Positions 37,207 to 44,112 of a stretch of DNA of 64,000 nt are shown here, piece after piece. This DNA comes from Bacteroidota bacterium. GTDB lineage: Bacteria; Bacteroidota; Bacteroidia; UKL13-3. Both the position numbers and the translations under genes were made by a program. Position 1 is the first letter of the stretch. The number at the start of each line of letters is the position of its first letter. The notes below the pieces were generated by a model. It saw nothing but the letters and a program-made list of their open reading frames with translations. It did no database searches and was not told the origin of the DNA. The DNA is taken from assembly GCA_947457395.1 (NCBI GenBank), contig CANGVA010000003.1, positions 2,063 to 66,062 of the forward strand. The letters run 5' to 3'.

Positions 37207-38082
37207 ATGAGCAATATTGAGAAAAAGCCTGTTTATCCGTTTGAAAAAATTGCAGTTGCGGTAGCATTCTCCCCAAATATAGAAGCCATTATAGCTGCCT
37301 CTAAAAGGCTGCAGAATATTTTTAACGTATCTATACTTTTTATACATGTAGGCAATCACGATGCAGCGCAGGAAACCTATCTGAAAGAATTGATTACGCG
37401 TTTTGCGTTTGAGCAGAATAACCATGAAATAATTTGGGAAACAGGCGATACCGTAGATAAAATTCTGGAAGTTTGTAAAGCACGGCAGGTTGATTTGCTG
37501 GTTGCAGGTGCACTGGAGAAAGAGAGCCTACTCAAGTATTTCCTGGGCTCTGTAGCACGCAAACTATGTCGCAGAGCCAAATGCAGCATATTGATGCTGA
37601 GGGATCCGGATTTGCTTAACAAACCTGTTCAACGCATTGTGGTAGAAGGAAGCGATCATCCCAAAACGGTTGCTACCATTGAGGCAGCCATTTATGTGGC
37701 AAAGGCTACACATGCCCTTGCGGTTGATGTAATTCAGGAAGAAGATCCGGGCAGACTTGCCCTTATCCGTTCTGATGCATTTACAGATAATGAAGCGGAT
37801 AATAACCGAGAAAAAATGCTGAAACATGAAAATGAAAAACTGGAAGAAATTCTTAGTTGCACCGATTGTGGCAACCTGAAGGTGAATGTAGAAAGACTGG
37901 AAGGTAAACCGGGTTTTATGATTACCAAATATGCACGCGAGCATGAGGCCGACTTGCTGGTGCTCAATTCTCCTGATACCAAGCTGAATGTAATTGACCG
38001 GGTTTTCCCGCATGATATTGAATTTGCTTTGGCCGATTTGCCTTGTGATTTGCTTATTGTGCACTCCAGAACTGATGATTAA
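37207..38082 (+). CDS. Universal stress protein (tandem UspA domains)
   Basis: Two Usp-like halves: KIAVAVAFSP...LLVAGALEKE and RIVVEGSDHP...LLVLNSP. Confidence 0.75.
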   Translation: MSNIEKKPVYPFEKIAVAVAFSPNIEAIIAASKRLQNIFNVSILFIHVGNHDAAQETYLKELITRFAFEQNNHEIIWETGDTVDKILEVCKARQVDLLVAGALEKESLLKYFLGSVARKLCRRAKCSILMLRDPDLLNKPVQRIVVEGSDHPKTVATIEAAIYVAKATHALAVDVIQEEDPGRLALIRSDAFTDNEADNNREKMLKHENEKLEEILSCTDCGNLKVNVERLEGKPGFMITKYAREHEADLLVLNSPDTKLNVIDRVFPHDIEFALADLPCDLLIVHSRTDD

Positions 38083-38093
38083 ATAGACAATAA

Positions 38094-39371
38094 ATGAACC
38101 ATGCCGAACTGATAAATTTGTTGTTTTGCTTAGGCATCATGCTGCTGCTCGGCCGTGTTCTGGGTGAGTTTTTTAGAAAACTTAAAATGCCGCTGGTTGT
38201 GGGTGAGCTACTGGCAGGCCTTATTCTGGGACCAAGCCTGTTGGGTAAATTTTACCCGGAACTAAATCAGCTTATTTTTACAACAAAAGGAAATGTGGGC
38301 ATGGCACTAAACGGTATCACCACCATTTCCGTTGTGATGTTACTTTTTGTTGCCGGCATGGAGGTAGAACTTTCTATAATAAGACAGCAAGGCACTACTG
38401 CATTTAAATCCAGTCTGGTTGGATTGCTGATTCCACTTGGCTTAGGCTTTGCAGCAGGATACTATTTTGCAGACTGGCTTGGCGGCAAAGGGCAACATGA
38501 TGGAAAGGTATTTGCATTGTTTATGGGTACAGCCATGGCCATATCGGCCTTACCTGTTATTGCCCGCACCCTCATGGATCTTGATTTGTTTAAAACCAAA
38601 ATAGGCATGATCATTATTGCGGCAGCCATGTTTGATGATTTAATAGGCTGGATTTTATTTAGCGTGGTGTTGGGCATGATACATACCGGAAGTGATCAGT
38701 TTGAATTTTTATACATTCTGGGTTATACCTTTTTGTATGCCATACTTATGCTAACCGCAGGCCGCATTATAATTAACCGCGCGCTGCCCTGGGCACAACG
38801 TAATTTAAGCTGGCCCGGTGGAGTGCTTGCATTCTCCTTTGGACTTGCCTTTTTGGGTGCTGCACTTACCGAAAAAATTGGTATACATGCCATATTTGGT
38901 GCATTTATAGCCGGTGTAGCCATTGGTGATTCTGTTCATCTAAATGAAAAAACACGTGACATTATTCATCAGTTTGTAACCAATATTTTTGCTCCACTGT
39001 TTTTTGTTTCGGTAGGTTTTAAAGTTGATTTTATAAAAAACTTTGACCTGAGTATTGTTACCGTGGTGCTGGTGTTGGCCATTGCTTGCAAATTGCTGGG
39101 AGCAGGATTGGGCGCACTTTGGGGAGGGTTAAGTTTTAGGGAAGCATCGGCAGTAGGATTTGGTATGAATGCACGCGGTGCTATGGAAATTGTGTTGGGT
39201 TTACTTGCCTTACAGGCGGGGGTTATTTCTGAACCACTGTTTGTGGCGTTGGTTGTAATGGCAGTAATTACATCGGTTATGGCAGGTCCCATGCTACAAT
39301 ATTTACTTACCGGTGAAATGAAAGTGAATGTTAAACTAAGAGATATTCTTCCGGTTAAAGAGGGAGAGTGA
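38094..39371 (+). CDS. Cation:proton antiporter (CPA2, Kef/NapA-like)
   Basis: About 12 transmembrane helices. N-terminus LLLGRVLGEFFRKLKMPLVVGELLAGLILGPSLLG is typical of Na+/H+ exchanger family proteins. Lies 11 nt after the Usp gene. Confidence 0.8.
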   Translation: MNHAELINLLFCLGIMLLLGRVLGEFFRKLKMPLVVGELLAGLILGPSLLGKFYPELNQLIFTTKGNVGMALNGITTISVVMLLFVAGMEVELSIIRQQGTTAFKSSLVGLLIPLGLGFAAGYYFADWLGGKGQHDGKVFALFMGTAMAISALPVIARTLMDLDLFKTKIGMIIIAAAMFDDLIGWILFSVVLGMIHTGSDQFEFLYILGYTFLYAILMLTAGRIIINRALPWAQRNLSWPGGVLAFSFGLAFLGAALTEKIGIHAIFGAFIAGVAIGDSVHLNEKTRDIIHQFVTNIFAPLFFVSVGFKVDFIKNFDLSIVTVVLVLAIACKLLGAGLGALWGGLSFREASAVGFGMNARGAMEIVLGLLALQAGVISEPLFVALVVMAVITSVMAGPMLQYLLTGEMKVNVKLRDILPVKEGE

Positions 39372-39500
39372 TTGCAGGGTTGGTTTATTACGCGTTTTGT
39401 TATTGCGGGGTAATTATTAGAAGATTAGAAAATTCTGTTTCATCTCTCGCATCTTTCCTATTTGAGTGTAGCGGTCTTTTGTCTTTCGTCTTCAGCGCAG
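39372..39500 (+). repeat. Single-copy version of the 33.5-34.0 kb repeat family, beginning immediately after the antiporter stop codon
   Basis: 39416-39490 (ATTAGAAGATTAGAAAATTCTGTTTCATCTCTCGCATCTTTCCTATTTGAGTGTAGCGGTCTTTTGTCTTTC) is the near-exact reverse complement of 33611-33700. 39372-39415 resembles the reverse complement of the CCCGCAAT/TTCTAAT modules. Confidence 0.85.
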
Positions 39501-39601
39501 CAATCTTTCCTCTCATTCATATCATTCAAACCTCGAAATTTCCTGTGTGTTACATCTATTAGTAAAAATTTTGTTCTTTTCCCAACTAAAAAATCATTCT
39601 C

Positions 39602-39619
39602 TTTTCAATTAATTGAAAA
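39602..39619. promoter_or_regulatory. Perfect 18-bp palindrome, candidate operator upstream of the DnaB-like gene
   Basis: TTTTCAATTAATTGAAAA is its own reverse complement. It lies about 143 nt upstream of the ATG at 39762. Confidence 0.3.
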
Positions 39620-39749
39620 CCATCTTCATTAATAATTCTCCACAAGTAGTTCTTCAGTAAATATAAGGTGTGTATAACGCAATGGCAATCCCTTTGCGGC
39701 TTTCAGCCATTGTGCATGAATAAGTTGGATTTGGACACCCTACGCATTT

Positions 39750-39757
39750 TAATTTTG
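39750..39757 (+). promoter_or_regulatory. Bacteroidota -7 box-like motif (TAnnTTTG) just upstream of the DnaB-like ATG
   Basis: TAATTTTG fits the TAnnTTTG consensus. At only 5 nt from the ATG it would imply a leaderless or near-leaderless transcript. Confidence 0.25.
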
Positions 39758-39761
39758 TTTC

Positions 39762-41093
39762 ATGGATTTTTCATCAACAGGTCCGGATAGTAAATGGATA
39801 GCTGCTCAGCAAAGGGTGGTGAAGGTACTCTTGCAGCAACCAAGATTATTTTTGCGTTATGCCGAACAATTGCGTGAAGATTATTTTACCGAACCCAATC
39901 TTAAATTATTAATCCGTACTATGCACACGCTGCATGGCACCTTTGGCATATTTGATTTGTATCTGCTTAGAAACAGTTTGCATTATGAACTTGATGAAAC
40001 CACGCTTGCAACACTTCATCAGTGGTCAGCAGCAGTAGTTGAATCCGATGATATAACGTATGATATTTCTTTACTAAAGGATTATGCGGCACGCAGATTG
40101 GTTCATGATTTAGGTAAATTGCTGCAGCAAAAGAGTTTCAATGATGAAATAGAGGTTTCAGAACTCAAAGATTATATACATACATATACCCGTATGCTGG
40201 ATGAGATGCAACCTGCTAGCCAAACGGAAAGTTTAAAACAAATACTGGATCGCATACAAATAGAAAATTCTGTTGCAAACAACTGCACATGGTTTGATAC
40301 GCAGCTGCAGGATTATTTAGGAAACCTTGATCCGGGAGAGCTGGTAGTGATAGGTTCCCGACCCGGTGTGGGCAAAACAGCTTTTATCCATACACAGCTG
40401 GTTCATCTGGCATGTGCCTGTAAGATACCGGTTGGCTATATTAACCTGGTAGAAAATGATCACAATCTGGTGCTAAAATTACTTAAGGTTTCTGAAGGCT
40501 GCAGAGATGAGTTAAAGCATGATACATTGCCTGATCATGAACAGCCATGGCCAATATATATCAGCAATAATTTAGCAGGTAGTCGTTTTAGGGATATTAA
40601 GGCGGCAGCCAATTACCTCAAATATAAATATGATATCCAGGTGCTGGCTATCGACTGCTTTCAGCAAATTACCTATCAGCCTAAAATGAATTACCGTGAT
40701 TATGAACTTGGACAGGTGTTGAAGGAAATAAAACGCATGGCTAAAGAAATGAATATGGCGGTTATACTTACTTCTCAACTGAGCAGAATGACAGAAAAGC
40801 GCGGCTATTTGGGAATGCCCGTATTGAGCGACCTTAAAGAAACCAGCTATCTGGAAGAAGTGGCCGATAAGGTTTTGCTGCTGCACAGATATGACTATTA
40901 TGGTATTACAGTGTATGAGGATGGCACACCAACCGGTAATGACAGCAATGTTTTGATAGCTAAAAATAAGTATGGAAAATCGGGTAAGGTGTTATTATCA
41001 TTTGATAGTAAGTTGGGGAAGTTTTTGCCTAAAGCACAACCACTGCCTATGGTGTTTGAGTTTCCGGCAAACAGGCTAACCGATTTGGAATAA
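39762..41093 (+). CDS. Divergent DnaB-family hexameric helicase-like ATPase (443 aa), candidate retron-associated effector
   Basis: Walker A GSRPGVGKTAF. Possible catalytic-Glu motif INLVEN (compare FSLEMS). Walker B VLAIDCFQQI. SQLSRMTEKRG and LSDLKETSYLEEVADKVLLLHRYDYYG (compare DnaB LSQLSR and LSDLRESG.IEQDAD.V.FL.R). The N-terminal QQRVVKVLLQQPRLF...FTEPNLKLLIRTM is DnaB-N-like. It is shorter and more degenerate than typical Bacteroidota DnaB. Confidence 0.75.
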   Translation: MDFSSTGPDSKWIAAQQRVVKVLLQQPRLFLRYAEQLREDYFTEPNLKLLIRTMHTLHGTFGIFDLYLLRNSLHYELDETTLATLHQWSAAVVESDDITYDISLLKDYAARRLVHDLGKLLQQKSFNDEIEVSELKDYIHTYTRMLDEMQPASQTESLKQILDRIQIENSVANNCTWFDTQLQDYLGNLDPGELVVIGSRPGVGKTAFIHTQLVHLACACKIPVGYINLVENDHNLVLKLLKVSEGCRDELKHDTLPDHEQPWPIYISNNLAGSRFRDIKAAANYLKYKYDIQVLAIDCFQQITYQPKMNYRDYELGQVLKEIKRMAKEMNMAVILTSQLSRMTEKRGYLGMPVLSDLKETSYLEEVADKVLLLHRYDYYGITVYEDGTPTGNDSNVLIAKNKYGKSGKVLLSFDSKLGKFLPKAQPLPMVFEFPANRLTDLE

Positions 41094-41110
41094 ACATATT
41101 CGGTGCACCA

Positions 41111-41259
41111 TTACACAAATACAATGAAGACATGCTAAAGTCTTGTAACTGTTGTTTCTGCAGTTGATTTAAAAATAGCCGGTGGCAGCCAACGAACAAG
41201 TTTCACTTCGTTCACTTGTTCGTTGCTTCAGGGGGTTAAATAGATTGTATTTGTTGTAA
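41111..41259 (+). ncRNA. Retron msr/msd-like non-coding RNA (predicted)
   Basis: a1 TTACACAAATACAAT (41111-41125) pairs with a2 ATTGTATTTGTTGTAA (41244-41259) with one bulge. G41126 directly follows a1 (branching-G position). Short hairpins AAGAC/GTCTT (41127-41144) and AACTG/CAGTT (41147-41165). A perfect 12-bp stem CAACGAACAAGT/ACTTGTTCGTTG (41190-41201 and 41214-41225) has a 12-nt loop. The region ends 34 nt before the RT start. Confidence 0.6.
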
Positions 41260-41293
41260 TGTGTGCCCGATTTTTAACGATGAATTTTTGGTG

Positions 41294-42295
41294 ATGAGAT
41301 CACTTGAAGAACTTTTAAAAATATTAGCAATTTCTTCGGAGCTTTTGCAACAATTACTTGCAGCACCGGAGTATACGATATACCATATTTCCAAAAAAAG
41401 CGGAGGCACACGCACCATTCAGGCGCCTCAGGGATTGTTGCGTCAAACACAGGTTCTGCTGGCAAAGTACCTTCAGACAGTTTATTCCCGCCATCACTTG
41501 CCATGCATACATGGATTTGTTCCATCAGCCGGTTTGCTAAAATATGGAGTTCTGTCAAATGCAGTACCTCATTTAAATAAGCCCTTTGTATTAAATATGG
41601 ATATTAAAAACTTTTTTGAAAGTATAACGGCAAAAAAAGTGAAGAAAAGCTTGTGTGAATTTCCATATTATTTTAATGAAGAAGTGGCAACAGCTATTGC
41701 ATTGTTGTGCACGTATCAAAAACAATTGCCTACAGGCGCTCCTACTTCTCCCGTATTATCAAACATGGTATTTTATATTCCGGATGTGGCTTTGTTGCAA
41801 TGGATAACAGATGTGAACGAGACAAAGCAAATTGATGAAACAGGCATTAGTTATACCAGATATGCAGATGATTTAACTTTTTCAGGATCGGCAAATCTGG
41901 TGCTTTCACTGCAGGCTCGCATCATATCATTTTTTGCTACTGAGGGATTTGAAATCAATGCAAAAAAAACAAGGGCACAAACACCTCATGGACCTCAATG
42001 GGTGACGGGAATAAAGGTGAATGAAAGATTAAACATTAGCAGGTATTATATCAGAAACCTGAGAGCTGTCATACATCAGATGCGGGTTCATGCTGCAGAA
42101 GCTGTTGTGTGCAGGTATTTAAAATTACCGGCTACAACGCAAATAAATACTGCGCATGTAAAAAAGATGTTGAGCAGTGTACAATCAAAAATAGCATGGG
42201 TAGGAATGGTAAGAGGCAAAGCAGACCCGATATATCTGCGTTTACAAACTCAATTTAATGTAGCAAGGGAGGTGATGCTGGTAAAAGAATCTTGA
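41294..42295 (+). CDS. Retron-type reverse transcriptase
   Basis: YHISKKSGGTRTIQAP (RT1/2). SNAVPH (retron NAxxH). VLNMDIKNFFESI (RT3). LPTGAPTSPVLSNM (RT4). YTRYADDLTFSG (RT5, YADD). FEINAKKT (RT6/7). WVTGIKVN (retron VTG). Collinear with Ec86 RT as I remember it. Start moved to the ATG at 41294, because the ATG at 41261 would overlap a2. Confidence 0.9.
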   Translation: MRSLEELLKILAISSELLQQLLAAPEYTIYHISKKSGGTRTIQAPQGLLRQTQVLLAKYLQTVYSRHHLPCIHGFVPSAGLLKYGVLSNAVPHLNKPFVLNMDIKNFFESITAKKVKKSLCEFPYYFNEEVATAIALLCTYQKQLPTGAPTSPVLSNMVFYIPDVALLQWITDVNETKQIDETGISYTRYADDLTFSGSANLVLSLQARIISFFATEGFEINAKKTRAQTPHGPQWVTGIKVNERLNISRYYIRNLRAVIHQMRVHAAEAVVCRYLKLPATTQINTAHVKKMLSSVQSKIAWVGMVRGKADPIYLRLQTQFNVAREVMLVKES

Positions 42296-42438
42296 AGGGG
42301 AATGCGGGAATTAGGTGTTAGGTCTATGCAACTTAATATTCAACAATGAGTATACAGCTGTTGGCCTTTGGCTGTTTGAAGTTTTTTAACGTAGTGTCTA
42401 ATGCTTGGGATTTGGGTATTAGGTGTTGATGATTTGCG

Positions 42439-42588
42439 ATTAAATATAAATATCTAAATTACTCAATCTCCTAATTTTCTAATCTTTTAATCTTCTAATA
42501 ACAAACCTTCTAACCTTCTAATCTTTCAATCTTCTAATAACAAACCTTCTAACCTTCTAAACTTTCAATCTTTTAATCTTCCAATCTT
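42439..42588 (-). repeat. Repeat-family locus 3, abutting the pyrF stop codon; two 39-bp tandem units plus degenerate copies
   Basis: AATCTTCTAATAACAAACCTTCTAACCTTCTAATCTTTC at 42489 and 42528. It shares TTCTAATCTTCTAATAACAAAC modules with 33.7-34.0 kb. The + strand has no G from 42439 to 42605. Confidence 0.85.
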
Positions 42589-43395
42589 CTAATCTCCTAC
42601 ATACTGCGCCATTTCATCTGCCATTTTTTTAGCTTCGGCTGCAGCAGCTTCGGCAAAATCTTTACCTGATGAGGCATAGATGATGCTGCGTGAGGCATTG
42701 ATAAGCAATCCGCAATCCTGATTCATGCCATATTTTACCACATCGGCCAGACTGCCTCCTTGCGCACCCACACCGGGTACCAATAGAAAATGATCGGGGA
42801 TGAGTTTACGAATATGAGCCAATTCCTCTGCTTTGGTTGCACCAACCACAAACATCAGGTTGCCTGTATTACCAATTTGTGTGGTAGTTGTAATCACATG
42901 CTCATATAACTTTCGGTTACCAATAAGTTGTTGTTCATAGTCGGCACTGCCCGGATTGGATGTAAGCGCAAGTACAATGCCCCATCTGTTGTCGTAGGCA
43001 AAGAATGGTGCTATGGAATCTTTACCCATGTATGGTGCCAGTGTTACGGAATGAAATGGCAATGTTTCAAAGAATGCGCGTGCATACATATTGCTGGTAT
43101 TGCCAATATCTCCTCTTTTGGCATCTGCTATGGTAAAGATATTTTCAGGTATGTGAAACAGGGTGCGCTCCATGCTTTCCCAACCCTTAACGCCATTGGC
43201 CTCATAAAATGCAGTGTTGATTTTATAACTAACACAGTAATCTTTGGTGGCATCAATAATGGCCTTATTAAATTCAAATACAGGATCATCCAGGTGTAAT
43301 AAGTGTGACGGTATTTTTTTAATATCGGTATCTAGGCCTACACATAAAAAACTTTTTTTTAGTTTAATCTGCTTTATGAGTTCTGTTCTGTTCAT
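42589..43395 (-). CDS. pyrF: orotidine 5'-phosphate decarboxylase (long, type 2-like form)
   Basis: FLCVGLDTD, DAKRGDIGNT, VPGVGAQGG. Start at the ATG at 43395 (MNRTELI). Confidence 0.9.
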   Translation of the reverse strand: MNRTELIKQIKLKKSFLCVGLDTDIKKIPSHLLHLDDPVFEFNKAIIDATKDYCVSYKINTAFYEANGVKGWESMERTLFHIPENIFTIADAKRGDIGNTSNMYARAFFETLPFHSVTLAPYMGKDSIAPFFAYDNRWGIVLALTSNPGSADYEQQLIGNRKLYEHVITTTTQIGNTGNLMFVVGATKAEELAHIRKLIPDHFLLVPGVGAQGGSLADVVKYGMNQDCGLLINASRSIIYASSGKDFAEAAAAEAKKMADEMAQYVGD

Positions 43396-43399
43396 GTTT

Positions 43400-44065
43400 T
43401 TAAAATATAAAGCTGAATTCAAAAGCCATGTGCTGCAGGTTTTTGCTCTGATTTACCGGTCCAACGGCAGGTAATAGGCCTTTATTAGCATCAAGTAATC
43501 CGTATTTTACAGCCAATTGAAATCCCACAAATGGCGTATGAAATTGTGCGCCTGCCAGCAGCATCAAATCATGCTTGTTTAGCGCAGGTGATTGAGACTC
43601 CTGAACCTGTGAATTTGTTTTAAACATAATGGAATTAAGCAGGTTTGCGTATTGCGCACCCACAAATACATTGCTTGTGTTTTTTTCATTGAGCCCGTAC
43701 ATCAGCAATACCGGTATATCAACAAAGTAAGTTCGTATGGTTCCGTATTCATCTACCTTATTATCAAACTTGCCTCCTCTGATGCTGATATTAGTCTCGG
43801 TTTGCAATGCCCAATGTCTGTTAAACCGATAGCGGAAATAGCCACCACCAACCAAACCAAAAGTAGGATATGGATTGTTTGCTTCTTCGCCACCCATCAT
43901 AAACAAGCCACACCCTAATTTTACACCTAATTTTATTTTTTCGTTGATAGGAGGGATGACCAAAACACCAGGATCATCTTCTTCATTAGCCAGGCTGTCG
44001 GCTTCCTGAGCAAAGGCAGGCTGCAACAGAAATAAACAGGCTATAAAAGCTAATAAGTATTTCAT
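43400..44065 (-). CDS. Outer-membrane beta-barrel (porin-family/OMP_b-brl-like) protein
   Basis: Signal peptide ...QPAFA|Q. Alternating beta-strand pattern with an aromatic C-terminus (FEFSFIF). The stop is 4 nt before the pyrF start. Confidence 0.6.
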   Translation of the reverse strand: MKYLLAFIACLFLLQPAFAQEADSLANEEDDPGVLVIPPINEKIKLGVKLGCGLFMMGGEEANNPYPTFGLVGGGYFRYRFNRHWALQTETNISIRGGKFDNKVDEYGTIRTYFVDIPVLLMYGLNEKNTSNVFVGAQYANLLNSIMFKTNSQVQESQSPALNKHDLMLLAGAQFHTPFVGFQLAVKYGLLDANKGLLPAVGPVNQSKNLQHMAFEFSFIF

Positions 44066-44112
44066 TACAAGCAAAACTAACTAAAAAAAAGAAGTGTTAG
44101 CTTAATGTTTTA

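Noticed and set aside
39762-41093. Annotating this gene simply as the chromosomal replicative helicase dnaB
   Set aside because: It is about 60-80 aa shorter than typical Bacteroidota DnaB and has degenerate signature motifs (INLVEN for FSLEMS, AIDCFQQI for IDYLQLM). It sits in an islet with a retron between convergent core genes. This cannot be fully excluded without the rest of the genome, so it is kept as a DnaB-like paralogue.
42296-42438. Possible small gene or second ncRNA downstream of the RT (contains ATTAGGTGTTAGGT and ATTAGGTGTTGATG motifs and a weak hairpin ACAGC...GCTGT followed by a T-run)
   Set aside because: There is no ORF in the six-frame track, the hairpin is only 5 bp, and the repeated 10-mer may just be a degenerate member of the flanking repeat family. 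There is not enough evidence for a feature call. It may simply be the RT terminator region.
39372-42588. Inverted copies of the repeat family at both ends of the DnaB-like/RT islet, which might be terminal inverted repeats of a transposon
   Set aside because: The inverted orientation is fully explained by the repeats being attached in sense orientation to two convergent genes (antiporter and pyrF). The same family also follows the HAD gene at 34.0 kb, with no cargo there. No transposase or target-site duplication is visible.
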